Shown: positions 39,301 to 54,234, numbered from the whole stretch's first letter. The stretch: DNA of 63,248 nucleotides, filler included, from Octopus bimaculoides (GCF_001194135.2; 4 parts of 4 records of this genome joined end to end with filler, not necessarily neighbours in it); one strand, 5' to 3'. Notes: generated by a model not told the origin, from the sequence alone. A program made the numbers and translations.

Positions 39301-40111
39301 ATCCCTTCATATACGATTCTATATGTGTGAGTGTACGTGTGTGTGTGTGTGTATGTGTGTGTGTGTGTGTGTGTGTGTCAGTGTATACATATATGCACTC
39401 ATTTCTTATAAATATATATANNNNNNNNNNNNNNNNNNNNNNNNNNNNNNNNNNNNNNNNNNNNNNNNNNNNNNNNNNNNNNNNNNNNNNNNNNNNNNNN
39501 NNNNNNNNNNNNNNNNNNNNNNNNNNNNNNNNNNNNNNNNNNNNNNNNNNNNNNNNNNNNNNNNNNNNNNNNNNNNNNNNNNNNNNNNNNNNNNNNNNNN
39601 NNNNNNNNNNNNNNNNNNNNNNNNNNNNNNNNNNNNNNNNNNNNNNNNNNNNNNNNNNNNNNNNNNNNNNNNNNNNNNNNNNNNNNNNNNNNNNNNNNNN
39701 NNNNNNNNNNNNNNNNNNNNNNNNNNNNNNNNNNNNNNNNNNNNNNNNNNNNNNNNNNNNNNNNNNNNNNNNNNNNNNNNNNNNNNNNNNNNNNNNNNNN
39801 NNNNNNNNNNNNNNNNNNNNNNNNNNNNNNNNNNNNNNNNNNNNNNNNNNNNNNNNNNNNNNNNNNNNNNNNNNNNNNNNNNNNNNNNNNNNNNNNNNNN
39901 NNNNNNNNNNNNNNNNNNNNNNNNNNNNNNNNNNNNNNNNNNNNNNNNNNNNNNNNNNNNNNNNNNNNNNNNNNNNNNNNNNNNNNNNNNNNNNNNNNNN
40001 NNNNNNNNNNNNNNNNNNNNNNNNNNNNNNNNNNNNAGTAGTTCGTCTTGCCTTCACAGCGGCTGGAGTGAAAAGAAAGCTGACCACAGGTCACACGAGA
40101 GCAGAGAGGAT

Positions 40112-40345
40112 GGTGGAGGGAGGAAATGGAACAAGGAGGAAGGGACAGAAGCAGTGAAGTAGAGGCCAGGACAGAAGGGTAGATAGGAAGATAGAGGAAG
40201 ACAGATAGATAAATAGATAGAGAGGATGTTGGAGGGAGGAAGTGGAACAAGGAGGAAGGGACAGAAGGGTATAGCAGTGAAGTAGAGGCCAGGACAGAGG
40301 TATAGATAGAAAGATGGAGGAAGACAGATAGATAAATAGATAGAA
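40112..40345 (+). repeat. Tandem duplication of a 110-125-bp purine-rich unit
   Basis: GGAGGGAGGAA(A/G)TGGAACAAGGAGGAAGGGACAGAAG...GCAGTGAAGTAGAGGCCAGGACAGA...GAGGAAGACAGATAGATAAATAGATAGA occurs twice. Confidence 0.85.
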
Positions 40346-40617
40346 AGATAGATATACATATATAAGAGAGAGGGAGTGACGCTGCACTGTTTCAATGTTT
40401 TGTAGTGTAGTGACGTGGGACAGCTTCAAGCTCTGCTATTAGTTTGGCACTATGTGGTGACCATAACTGGGAACAGTAAGTCCAGGCGGCTGAGAACAAA
40501 GGTTCTCCAATAGGGTCAACATAGTTTCCATATGTACCTCACGTCGGGCCGTTGGTTCATCCGGTACATACATATACATCCATATATGTAAACACATACT
40601 TGTGTGTATGCGTGTGG

Positions 40618-40722
<105 letters not shown>

Positions 40723-40978
40723 CATATGGTCGTAGCTCTGACTATCTGTTGAGTCGTTTCGCATTCTCAGTAACCTTGTTTATCTGAACTAATATTGTAC
40801 TTTTTAGTTTTATGCATGTCTGTCTGCTATATACGTATGCGCATCTATGTGTATAATCATACATGCATACAGAAAATACATGCATTCATACACCTATAAA
40901 ATACACATATATATGTTTATATATATATGCATATTATCGTATATATATATATTTATAAGAAATGAATGTATATATGTA

Positions 40979-41033
<55 letters not shown>

Positions 41034-41393
41034 NNNNNNNNNNNNNNNNNNNNNNNNNNNNNNNNNNNNNNNNNNNNNNNNNNNNNNNNNNNNNNNNNNN
41101 NNNNNNNNNNNNNNNNNNNNNNNNNNNNNNNNNNNNNNNNNNNNNNNNNNNNNNNNNNNNNNNNNNNNNNNNNNNNNNNNNNNNNNNNNNNNNNNNNNNN
41201 NNNNNNNNNNNNNNNNNNNNNNNNNNNNNNNNNNNNNNNNNNNNNNNNNNNNNNNNNNNNNNNNNNNNNNNNNNNNNNNNNNNNNNNNNNNNNNNNNNNN
41301 NNNNNNNNNNNNNNNNNNNNNNNNNNNNNNNNNNNNNNNNNNNNNNNNNNNNNNNNNNNNNNNNNNNNNNNNNNNNNNNNNNNNNNNNNNNNN

Positions 41394-41472
<79 letters not shown>

Positions 41473-42123
41473 ATGTATTTATATAAATATACGTATATAT
41501 ATTTATACACATTACATTCAAACAGACAACTCTACATGTACATACATGCCAACACTCAAATACTCCATGCACACCCATCCACCTACATGAACACACAAAC
41601 GCGCGTATATATATATGTATATGGGTGTACATGTGTGTACGTGTATGTCCGTGTGTGTGTGTACGTATGTGTACGTGTGTTGTACGTTGTATGTGGGTGA
41701 GTATACGTGTATGCGTGTCTTTGTATGATCCAGAGATACATTCAGTATATCTGCCTGAAATTGATACATTTGAACTCCCTTAACTCAATTCTCTTCGCTG
41801 CCGCCATACAGATTGTTATTTCTGAACAGACACATGTCGCCCAGTTCCCTAACAAAAATATACACCCACCCCCCAGGAAGCACCTACATGGTCGTTCAGC
41901 TTGCTAGAAACAGCTGTCATACTTCACTTCTATCACACACCCTACTATCTGAAAGAAGAATGCGTGCGTCTTGGAAATGACTGGATGGCCATGGCTGGAA
42001 CGTCTTCGATTTTTTTTTTCTGCCTTTGATTATTTTCTGCACCATCAAACAATTGGCTCGGGACAAATAAAAAAACAAGGCTTACTCTCACTGTTGTTGT
42101 TACATGTAGTTATATGAAAACCT

Positions 42124-42352
42124 GTGCATGGCTCAGTGGTTAGAGCGTCGGGCTCACAACCATGAGGTAGTGAGTTCGATTCCCGGCCCGGGTTGTATGT
42201 GGTGTTCTTGGGCAAGACACTTTATTTCCCGTTCTTCCAGTTCACTTAGCTGTAGAAATGAGTTGCGACGTCACTGGTGCCAAGCTGTATTGGCCTTTGC
42301 CATTCAAAATCAGTGGTGTGGAGAGAGGAGACTGGTATGCATGGGCGACTGC
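42124..42352 (+). mobile_element. tRNA-derived SINE
   Basis: Box A TGGCTCAGTGG, box B GAGTTCGATTCC, then GTGTTCTTGGGCAAGACACTTTATTTC (shared with family E in reverse) and a GC-rich 3' domain. Confidence 0.85.
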
Positions 42353-42884
42353 ATACCAGTGGTGGTGGTGGTGACGATGATGATTTTTTAATTGTCCACA
42401 AAGGCTACAAAAGACCATTTAGGACAATACAAAGGATAGTAGAGATTTTAATTAGAAACGCTGAAGCNNNNNNNNNNNNNNNNNNNNNNNNNNNNNNNNN
42501 NNNNNNNNNNNNNNNNNNNNNNNNNNNNNNNNNNNNNNNNNNNNNNNNNNNNNNNNNNNNNNNNNNNNNNNNNNNNNNNNNNNNNNNNNNNNNNNNNNNN
42601 NNNNNNNNNNNNNNNNNNNNNNNNNNNNNNNNNNNNNNNNNNNNNNNNNNNNNNNNNNNNNNNNNNNNNNNNNNNNNNNNNNNNNNNNNNNNNNNNNNNN
42701 NNNNNNNNNNNNNNNNNNNNNNNNNNNNNNNNNNNNNNNNNNNNNNNNNNNNNNNNNNNNNNNNNNNNNNNNNNNNNNNNNNNNNNNNNNNNNNNNNNNN
42801 NNNNNNNNNNNNNNNNNNNNNNNNNNNNNNNNNNNNNNNNNNNNNNNNNNNNNNNNNNNNNNNNNNNNNNNNNNNNNNNNNNNN

Positions 42885-43034
42885 AGTGCGTAACTGGTAC
42901 TTAATTTATCGACCCCGAAAGGATGAAAGGCAAAGTCGACCTCGGCGGAATTTGAACTCAGAACGTAACGGCAGACGAAATACCGCTAAGCATTTCGCCC
43001 GGCGTGCTAACGATCCTGCCAGCTCGCCGCCTTC
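42885..43034 (-). mobile_element. SINE family A (young-looking, 3' part lost in gap)
   Basis: Near-consensus reverse complement of head/core. Confidence 0.9.
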
Positions 43035-43069
43035 GAGATAATAAATAAAAATAATAAATAAATGCGTCC

Positions 43070-43304
43070 ATTTAAAGCCTAGCCAGGCTCATGGGCCCCG
43101 GTTTCCCGGTTTCAATGGCGTATGTGTTCCCCAGCTGGACGGGACGCCAGTCCATCGCAGTGTTAATCATTTTTGCCAGCTGAGTGGACTGGAGCAACGT
43201 GAAATGAAGTGTTTTGCTCAAGAACACAACGCATCGCTCGGTCCAGGAATCGAAACTACAATCTTACGATCATGATGTTAACTACTAAGCCACGCGCCTC
43301 CACC
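43070..43304 (-). mobile_element. SINE family E
   Basis: Minus strand GTGGAGGCGCGTGGCTTAGTAGTT...GTTTCGATTCCTGGACCG; homologous to 5611-5804. Confidence 0.88.
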
Positions 43305-43412
43305 TTCGAGGAAATAAATACTGAAAACAAACAGGTAGGCAGAGTGATTAATAGATTAATAGACAGACGGATAGAGACGGATAGAGACGGATAGGTAAGG
43401 TATATAAACGAG

Positions 43413-43487
<75 letters not shown>

Positions 43488-43838
43488 ACAGACAGATAGA
43501 CCGTCAGACAGACAGACAAAAGGTTACAGCTGGTGGTTATGATGGTAGATCGTTAAAATATTTCCCCTAGAAACGTCTCCTCAAATAAAAAAAAATAGAG
43601 AAGAAAAGAAAAGAAAATACTTGAACCACTTAAAAAGCTGTCAAGGAAGAAGAACATCTCTTGCGGTGTCTCCTTCACCAATCACAGGAATTCATAATTG
43701 AGTGTGTAAGGGTTAAACGAACAGCAAACACATTGCTATGAATGTGAGGTTGACGCCAGGAGAATATGATAGCATCTGTAGATTGTAACCCTCTGCCCAT
43801 CATCACTTTGCCCAGTCTCCCACACGGACTTACGCGTG

Positions 43839-43879
<41 letters not shown>

Positions 43880-44358
43880 GCGCAGTCATTCGCAAAGGCG
43901 TATACGTAAATACATATACACGTACATACCATCCATCTATCCATCCATCCATCCATCCATCCATCCATCGATTCATACATACATACATACATACATGCAT
44001 ACATACATACATACATACATACATGCATGATGGGTGTCTACTCGTTAGACGAGCATGTCCATCGTTGACAGGTAGTCTCAGCAATGCCCGCGCAAGAGTT
44101 TTAAGTTGAGTGCGGCTTCTTCAGCACCACAGCAACTCTCACTAGAAAGTCCAGAGATAAGCAAAGTGCGAGATATACGGCTCAGTAAAGCAGCGTGTTT
44201 TGTATACGAGTTAACTTTCTCCTAAGAGGACGCCTTGACAAAGACCAGGAGTCTTTCGTTCCCAGTGGGCGTACTGCACCTTCGGATGCCAACCTGAATA
44301 TATCTACGTCCCGACGAATGCATTCATGCATACATACATACATACATACATATATACA

Positions 44359-44392
<34 letters not shown>

Positions 44393-44950
44393 CAAGCATA
44401 TATATATGTATATGTGTGTGTGGAAAAAAAAAAGTCAAGGTAGAAAATGCTAAAATAATTTTATAAAAAACATTTCAGTTCCGGTTTCTGTTATTGAGAC
44501 TTTTTCAACTGTGAGTATGGAAAACATTTGAATTTTGGAAAAATTAAAAGAAAAGTTTTTTAAGAAAATATTTCCATAGTATTCAAATACAAGGGGCATT
44601 TTCCTTGTTTCTGCCTGTCTCTGTCTCTCTTGTTTACTCTTGTGGGTTCGAGGTCGTTGTGANNNNNNNNNNNNNNNNNNNNNNNNNNNNNNNNNNNNNN
44701 NNNNNNNNNNNNNNNNNNNNNNNNNNNNNNNNNNNNNNNNNNNNNNNNNNNNNNNNNNNNNNNNNNNNNNNNNNNNNNNNNNNNNNNNNNNNNNNNNNNN
44801 NNNNNNNNNNNNNNNNNNNNNNNNNNNNNNNNNNNNNNNNNNNNNNNNNNNNNNNNNNNNNNNNNNNNNNNNNNNNNNNNNNNNNNNNNNNNNNNNNNNN
44901 NNNNNNNNNNNNNNNNNNNNNNNNNNNNATATATATATATATATATATAT

Positions 44951-45004
<54 letters not shown>

Positions 45005-45593
45005 CACTCACACATATATTAGGTATATCAATGTTAAATACATCACATTCTAACTTCACTTAATCCCAGGCACATGATCACATGATGACGTGATGACTTG
45101 AACACATGACCACAGAGGACTCTAGAAATGCATAACAAGTTAACATTAAGTTGGGATATGAGGAACTGTGTCAATTAGATTCCATGTTTCAATATGGCGA
45201 CAGATAGAGGTAAAATAACTAAGTACGATCACATTTCAAACGAAATGTATGTGACACCGGCATGTGTGTGCGTGTGTCTCTGTGTGTGTATGATGTGTGT
45301 GTTTGTATGTTTGCGTAATGCGTATATAAATTAAATCAATTGAAAGATCGCAGCTGGAGTGGGGTCAATAAGGTTAGATAGTGTGTATAGTTAAACTAAT
45401 TAGATTGAAAATATATATATCACTCACTCCCTAGATATATATTATGTCGTTTTATTACGTGTAACCATTTCGTTGCGATGCGTGTTTTATAACTGATCTC
45501 TTTCTTTTTCTCTACCTCCATTCGCTCCCTTTCTCACACACACACACACACAGTTGTGTGTGCATGTGTGTATGTCTATTGTTTTTAGGTGCA

Positions 45594-45632
<39 letters not shown>

Positions 45633-45669
45633 ATATATATGTATATATATGTATATATATATATATGTA

Positions 45670-45767
<98 letters not shown>

Positions 45768-45863
45768 CATACATACATATATATACATATACACATACAC
45801 ATACACATATATACATATATACACATATATACATATATACATATATNNNNNNNNNNATATATA

Positions 45864-45904
<41 letters not shown>

Positions 45905-46063
45905 GTTTGTGTATATGTATCTATGTATATATATATTTATATATTTATGTACATACATCACTCACTCCCTAGATATTATATACTATGTAGTTTTATTAGT
46001 TGTTACGATTTGGTTGCAAGGAGTCTTTCTAACAGTTCTCTTTCCCCTCCTCCTACTCCTCTT

Positions 46064-46107
<44 letters not shown>

Positions 46108-46122
46108 AGTGTTTGTGTGGAA

Positions 46123-46231
<109 letters not shown>

Positions 46232-46722
46232 CAGAGAGAGAGAGACAGAGACAGAGACACAGAGAGAGAGATGGATGGATGATGGATAGATGTATATATA
46301 ACGTTGCTTTCTTCTTACTAGTTTTTCAGACACCTAATACTCATTATCGAATTTTAATATTTACAGATGTATGTATGTATGTATGTATGTATGTATGTAT
46401 GTGTGATGTATGTATGTATGTATGCATGTATGCATGTATGTATGTATGTATGTGTGTGTGTGTGTGTGTATTTATGTATGTATGTATTTATGTTTGTTTA
46501 CTTGAGTGTAGATATTTGTGCATGCATGTCTGCGTGCATGCGTGTATGAGTGTGCATGTATCTCTGCGTGTGTGTGTGTATGTAACGGCTCAAGAACAGT
46601 GACTTCAGCAGAAGAGGTATAGTTCATTACATCTAGTATTCCGATGGTACTTTTTTATATACCTCGAATGGATGAAAAGCAGAGATGACCACGGAAGGAT
46701 TTGAGCACGAGGCCATCTCTCT

Positions 46723-46804
<82 letters not shown>

Positions 46805-46949
46805 CTCTCCCTTTCTCACTTCTAATATGTACGGTGGTGATGATAGACTGGTGGACATGGAACATAAAACGAAGAAAGAAGTAACAAACAACACCAATAA
46901 TAAAAACACAACAATAATAAGTGTTTCCCTATTCTGGCACGAAGCCGGC

Positions 46950-47095
46950 AAGTGACCAACTCGTACTTCTATTTTATGGACCCCGAAAGAATTCAACGCA
47001 AAGTCGACCTCGGCGGATTTTTGAATTCGGGACGTTGAAGACATTACGAAATGGCACCAAGCATTTTGCTCAACGTGCTAACGATTCTGCGTTGC
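46950..47095 (-). mobile_element. Decayed SINE family A
   Basis: GACCCCGAAAGAAT...AAAGTCGACCTCGGCGGAT...CGTGCTAACGATTCTGC. Confidence 0.75.
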
Positions 47096-47321
47096 AGCGG
47101 CGGTGGGGGTTGTCGCAGTGGTCGCGGTGGTGCATGCGATGGTGGCGGAAAGTGTTTATGGTGGTGCGGGTAATGGTGGTGACTATGGTGGTGGGAGGAG
47201 GGGAGGCTAGCGATACATCAGCTGATGTTTACTCGAAACGGACGGACATTTGTTTACAAAAAAATTAATTTCTTTGACTTTGCATTCGTTTTGTTATTCC
47301 GGTTGTTGTTGTTCTTGTTGC

Positions 47322-47354
<33 letters not shown>

Positions 47355-49936
47355 GGTGGTGGTGGTGGTGATGGTGGTGGTGGTGATTCTTGTTCTTGTT
47401 CGTTTAGTTGTACTCCTTTTCTTTCCTTTCTTCTGCTTTCCCCTTCATTTTTTCTCCTCTGTTCTTTTCTTCCACTTCTTTTCTTTCACCTAGATCTGCT
47501 ACCACCACTACCACCACCACCACCATAATCACCATCATCACCATGACAACCACCACCACCACCATCTGCACCATCACCACCACCACTACCATCGCCAACC
47601 ACCACTATCATCACCAACCACCACCATCATCACCATGACCACCACCATCCCCATTACCACTACCACCATCACCATCACCACCATCACCCCAAAATCCCTG
47701 TCAACACACCCCCACTGCCACCACCAAAAACAACTACATTACTACCACCAATACCATTCACTGTCACCCCACCCCTACAACAGCCACAATCTCCACCTTT
47801 ACCAACACTTCCTCGAACACCACCACCACAACCTATCCATAGCACCATCACTGTTATTATCGCCAGCATCAAAACCACCATCATCATTATAATCAAGACA
47901 ACTACCACCACCGCCACTATTCTAAGCACAACCATTAAAGTAAACATCAACATCATAACCGACACCATAACTTCATCAAACACAAAAAACTCTCACAACC
48001 ATTACCACTACCACAAACATTACACAGCCCCCAACATCACACCCCACCGACACCACACCCCACCAATATCACACCCAACCAACATCACACATCACCACCA
48101 CCATCACCACCTACACGCAGTGCAACCCTCTCCAATTACCACTACCACTCTCCCCCTCTGTCAAGTTTCATTATTTCTATGCTGTGTTTTATCCCTATAT
48201 ATGTGTGTGTGTGTGTGTGTGTGCGCGTGCGTGCGTGTGTATACACACACACATGCATATAGATACATACGTATATATAGTGTGTACATATATTCACACA
48301 TATACACATTTATACACCTGTATGTATATATGTGTTTCTGTGTGTGTATGTCTAAATACATATATACATAAATGTATGCATATCTATTTGTATACATATA
48401 TATATTTATATATCTATATATACATATATATATNNNNNNNNNNNNNNNNNNNNNNNNNNNNNNNNNNNNNNNNNNNNNNNNNNNNNNNNNNNNNNNNNNN
48501 NNNNNNNNNNNNNNNNNNNNNNNNNNNNNNNNNNNNNNNNNNNNNNNNNNNNNNNNNNNNNNNNNNNNNNNNNNNNNNNNNNNNNNNNNNNNNNNNNNNN
48601 NNNNNNNNNNNNNNNNNNNNNNNNNNNNNNNNNNNNNNNNNNNNNNNNNNNNNNNNNNNNNNNNNNNNNNNNNNNNNNNNNNNNNNNNNNNNNNNNNNNN
48701 NNNNNNNNNNNNNNNNNNNNNNNNNNNNNNNNNNNNNNNNNNNNNNNNNNNNNNNNNNNNNNNNNNNNNNNNNNNNNNNNNNNNNNNNNNNNNNNNNNNN
48801 NNNNNNNNNNNNNNNNNNNNNNNNNNNNNNNNNNNNNNNNNNNNNNNNNNNNNNNNNNNNNNNNNNNNNNNNNNNNNNNNNNNNNNNNNNNNNNNNNNNN
48901 NNNNNNNNNNNNNNNNNNNNNNNNNNNNNNNNNNNNNNNNNNNNNNNNNNNNNNNNNNNNNNNNNNNNNNNNNNNNNNNNNNNNNNNNNNNNNNNNNNNN
49001 NNNNNNNNNNNNNNNNNNNNNNNNNNNNNNNNNNNNNNNNNNNNNNNNNNNNNNNNNNNNNNNNNNNNNNNNNNNNNNNNNNNNNNNNNNNNNNNNNNNN
49101 NNNNNNNNNNNNNNNNNNNNNNNNNNNNNNNNNNNNNNNNNNNNNNNNNNNNNNNNNNNNNNNNNNNNNNNNNNNNNNNNNNNNNNNNNNNNNNNNNNNN
49201 NNNNNNNNNNNNNNNNNNNNNNNNNNNNNNNNNNNNNNNNNNNNNTATATATATATATGTATATATATATATATGCACATGTATTTGTGTGTGTGTTTGT
49301 ATCTATGCTTATACTCCTGTATACATATATGTACATATTCGAAAATAATTTATATATGCATGTATATGTATGTGTGTGTGCGTGTGTGTAACAGAGCGAG
49401 ATATATATACATAGGGAGAGAGAAAAAGAGAGAGCGAGTGCGAATGTAAGTGTGTTTCAATTTTTATTTGCAATTTTTTGTCTACTGTGCCTTTTTATAT
49501 CACATCTTTCTATATACATTAATCTAGCAGACAAGATCTCCTCTCTCTCTTTCACTTTGTGGAGCTACAATATCTGATAAATGTAGTAACTAAATAAATC
49601 CTCAACCAGAACTTAATGATATAGGATGAATAATATAGGGATACTTTACATAATGAATTTCTAATATATAAAGTATAAACTTGCTGCTAACGCAAACAGT
49701 TTTGACGTAACGTCTCTCGTCAGATGTTAGTTATTTTTAACCTCAGATAAGATGCAATATTAACTGAAACAGTTAACGTTTGCAGTTAGAACATAGATTT
49801 TAAACGCAGGTATAAACCTAGGGGCAAGCAGGGCTGTATATGATTAAGAAGGTCACTTTGGAATCACATGGTTGTAGGTTCAGTTCTACTACGGAACAAC
49901 TGTGTGGAAGCTCGTTGTATGCGTGTGTATGTATAC

Positions 49937-49973
<37 letters not shown>

Positions 49974-50987
49974 NNNNNNNNNNNNNNNNNNNNNNNNNNN
50001 NNNNNNNNNNNNNNNNNNNNNNNNNNNNNNNNNNNNNNNNNNNNNNNNNNNNNNNNNNNNNNNNNNNNNNNNNNNNNNNNNNNNNNNNNNNNNNNNNNNN
50101 NNNNNNNNNNNNNNNNNNNNNNNNNNNNNNNNNNNNNNNNNNNNNNNNNNNNNNNNNNNNNNNNNNNNNNNNNNNNNNNNNNNNNNNNNNNNNNNNNNNN
50201 NNNNNNNNNNNNNNNNNNNNNNNNNNNNNNNNNNNNNNNNNNNNNNNNNNNNNNNNNNNNNNNNNNNNNNNNNNNNNNNNNNNNNNNNNNNNNNNNNNNN
50301 NNNNNNNNNNNNNNNNNNNNNNNNNNNNNNNNNNNNNNNNNNNNNNNNNNNNNNNNNNNNNNNNNNNNNNNNNNNNNNNNNNNNNNNNNNNNNNNNNNNN
50401 NNNNNNNNNNNNNNNNNNNNNNNNNNNNNNNNNNNNNNNNNNNNNNNNNNNNNNNNNNNNNNNNNNNNNNNNNNNNNNNNNNNNNNNNNNNNNNNNNNNN
50501 NNNNNNNNNNNNNNNNNNNNNNNNNNNNNNNNNNNNNNNNNNNNNNNNNNNNNNNNNNNNNNNNNNNNNNNNNNNNNNNNNNNNNNNNNNNNNNNNNNNN
50601 NNNNNNNNNNNNNNNNNNNNNNNNNNNNNNNNNNNNNNNNNNNNNNNNNNNNNNNNNNNNNNNNNNNNNNNNNNNNNNNNNNNNNNNNNNNNNNNNNNNN
50701 NNNNNNNNNNNNNNNNNNNNNNNNNNNNNNNNNNNNNNNNNNNNNNNNNNNNNNNNNNNNNNNNNNNNNNNNNNNNNNNNNNNNNNNNNNNNGAGAGAGA
50801 GAGAGAGAGAGAGAGAGTGGTAGAGGGAGAAACAAAGGGAGGAAGTAGAAGAATAGGTGAGCAACGAGAGAAAGAGAGGAATATAGTAGTAACAGAAGGA
50901 AGTACGAGGGGGGAAGAGAGAGATATAGTAGTAACAGAAGGAAGAATGAGAGGGGTAAAGAGAGATACGTAGTAGTAACAGAGGAAG

Positions 50988-51257
50988 AACGGCATGCTAG
51001 CGTTTCTGCCAGCTCTCCACCTTAATCAGAGTTAAAATATTCTTTTCTTCTCTAGGCAGAAGGCCTAAAATTTTGGGGGAGGTGGGGGCCAATCGATTAG
51101 ATCGAACACAGTATGCAAATGGTATTTAATTTATCAACTCCGAAAGGATGAAAGGCAAAGTCGACCTCGGCGGAATTTGAACTCAGAACATAAAGACAGA
51201 CGAAATACCGCTAAGCATTTCACCTGGCGTGCGAGCGTTTCTGCCAGTTTGCCACCG
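50988..51257 (-). mobile_element. SINE family A full copy (51040-51257, tail 2) followed by a second truncated head (50988-51022)
   Basis: Reverse-complement match to the family A head, core and GGCCTT...CTAGAG..GAAAAGAAT tail. Confidence 0.85.
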
Positions 51258-51674
51258 TACTCACGTGGTATTAGTCGTCTTGAGTTATCATAGAAGACAC
51301 TTACCCAAGTGCTGAAACTGAACTTGACATCACGTTGTTACAAATTTTGTTTCTTATCCATTTATTCATGCTTGCGCCTATTCAAGCAAGAAAACTCTAC
51401 AACACATAAAGTTTATTTAAGCACCTCACCCATATAATTCTTCTTGTATAAAAACTTCTTCCGTAAAAATGTTATTGACATCGCCGACGTTTCAATAATG
51501 CATCGATAAAGCTGTAGCCATTGAGCCATGAGCTTTCATGTTTAATTGGAAGATTGCAGTTAATCTTCCATTCTAGCCCTTTGCCTGTCCTGTGCGACAC
51601 GTGATACACTGCCCGTATTTCCCTGGCATCTATGCATCATATATGATATACATACTCAATATTTTTTAACCACA

Positions 51675-51795
51675 AGGCGGCGAGCTGACATAAACGTTAG
51701 CACGCCGGGCGAAATGCTTAGCGTACAGGGGTCGATCTAATTGACTGGCTCCCTCCCCAAAAATTTCAGGCCTTGTGCCTAGAGTAGAAAAGAAT
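51675..51795 (+). mobile_element. Internally deleted SINE family A (core missing, tail 2)
   Basis: Head ...GAAATGCTTAGCG is joined directly to TACAGGGGTCGATCTAATTGACTGG...GCCTAGAGTAGAAAAGAAT. Confidence 0.85.
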
Positions 51796-53171
51796 GCATC
51801 ATTCATTTCCAAGACATAATATTCTCTTTTGTTTAGATGGCTTTGTTTCTTTAAGTTCTTTGTACGACTGTTGGATACTTAATATCTTATCCAAATGTTT
51901 TTCGTGGTGTTTCGAAACACATTCACATTGAGTTGTCTTTATTTTATGTCAAAAACGTGACTTAGCGGGTTCGACGGATAAGGAAGGAATCAATGAAATA
52001 AAGAACCAAAGTGAAAAATAAATACAATGACGACATAATCGTGTAAAACACTTGAAGTAGGTACTCCAGTATGGTCGCAGTCAAATTTCCACTGACTGAA
52101 ACAAGTAAACGAACGTGTTTCAGAATGCGAAATCAATATTGTATAGAAGGCTTAATGTGATGCGATATCAGAGTTGAAGTGACCAATAATATTACGAGAC
52201 TATGGCTGTTTCCTTATCTACCGCTGTTTATTGTTGTCTGGTAAAAACTTTGATTTTAATGTTGTTGTTGTTGCCGAGGTTGTTGTTTTTCTTTTATTTT
52301 CTCTTTTTATTTCTCTTTTTTCTTCTACGTATTACCTTGCTCACCCACATACCTTCGTTCTTCCTCTCTATTTCCACTCGTCGTTCTATGTCTTCTTCTT
52401 CTTCTTCTTCTTCTTCTTCTTCTTCTTCTTCTTCTTCTTCTTCTTCTTCTTCTTCTTCTTCTTCTTCTTCTTCTTCTTCTTCTTCTTCTTCTTCTTCTTC
52501 TTNNNNNNNNNNNNNNNNNNNNNNNNNNNNNNNNNNNNNNNNNNNNNNNNNNNNNNNNNNNNNNNNNNNNNNNNNNNNNNNNNNNNNNNNNNNNNNNNNN
52601 NNNNNNNNNNNNNNNNNNNNNNNNNTATATATATACATGCATACTTTTATATATATATATATATACATACATACATATATATACGCGCGCGCACATGCAT
52701 ACATATATTCTCTCATTCTCAATGTATTTCTACTTTGAAACTGAATACAAAGTTGTCAGTGTCTACGCAACATCGCCTAGTATACACTCTCTCTCACTCT
52801 CTCTCTCTCACACACATACACACACAAACACACGGATATACACACACACAAGCTGTAAGTTCTTGTATATTATTTATACCTTCTTATCATCAAGTAGGTG
52901 GGGTCGATTTAGCCACGATTCTAACGTTCCTTGCAAAACCGACATATTTCACGTACTGCCCCTAAAATATATTGCCTTGTTAGCCTCCTTTGCAAATAAT
53001 ACAAGGCACTATCGCTATTAACCTTTGTCATTTTCACTATCTTTCTCTCTTTCTCTCCATCTCACTCTTCTCTTCTTTCTCTTTCGCTGTATATATATAT
53101 ATAATGTATGTGCGTGTGTATCTTCTCTTTTTCCCGTTAGTCTCTCTATACAAATATTTTCTTCCTCTCTC

Positions 53172-53252
<81 letters not shown>

Positions 53253-53677
53253 CTCTATCTCCCGCTCAGTAATAAGTAACAGTGAGTGGTGTGTAGCTGC
53301 AGTCACCTCTTTAAGTGCCAGACTCAATCCGTCAGCCATTTTCAAGCTACCAGCTGGTTCATGCATGCTTTTAACCGGTTCCATTCGGTGGCATGCATTC
53401 AGGCCGGATTTCCGGTCGCAGGCTAACTTTCTCCCTTCCTCTTACTAGTCATGGACGCTATGAAAAAGGCTTATGGGCGTTGCACCTCCTCTCCTGAATA
53501 CACACACACACACACATGGTGTTTACTGCATGAATACTCGGTATGCGAGGCATGCCTAGGATATATGAATCCATGCAAATAATAAATCATAGTTTAATAG
53601 ATATCTTTCGTTTTTATGAGACAAATGGAAAGAGTAGATTGACACATATTGTGTGTGCATGTGTGTGTGTGTGTGTG

Positions 53678-53756
<79 letters not shown>

Positions 53757-53774
53757 GTAGATAGACAGATAGAC

Positions 53775-53832
<58 letters not shown>

Positions 53833-54006
53833 GTAGATAGACAGATAGACAGATAGACAGATAGATAACTTGTTTAATTGTATAACGTGGATTTTTTGAA
53901 TTGTACGTTCTGGCTTAAGTACCAAAAGCCAACCAACACACATACATACATAGACACATAACACACTCACACACATACACACACACACACATACACACAC
54001 ACTCAC

Positions 54007-54077
<71 letters not shown>

Positions 54078-54234
54078 CCCACTAGTAAGTATATAAATGC
54101 AAATCAAAGAGGAAGAAAAACAGTACTCGAACACCTAAGGTAGAGCATGTCCAACAAATNNNNNNNNNNNNNNNNNNNNNNNNNNNNNNNNNNNNNNNNN
54201 NNNNNNNNNNNNNNNNNNNNNNNNNNNNNNNNNN

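Noticed and set aside
42127-42190. tRNA genes (also 2000-2067, 22430-22507, 5740-5804)
   Set aside because: Box A/B are present but there is no complete acceptor stem, and each continues into a repeat body; these are SINE heads.
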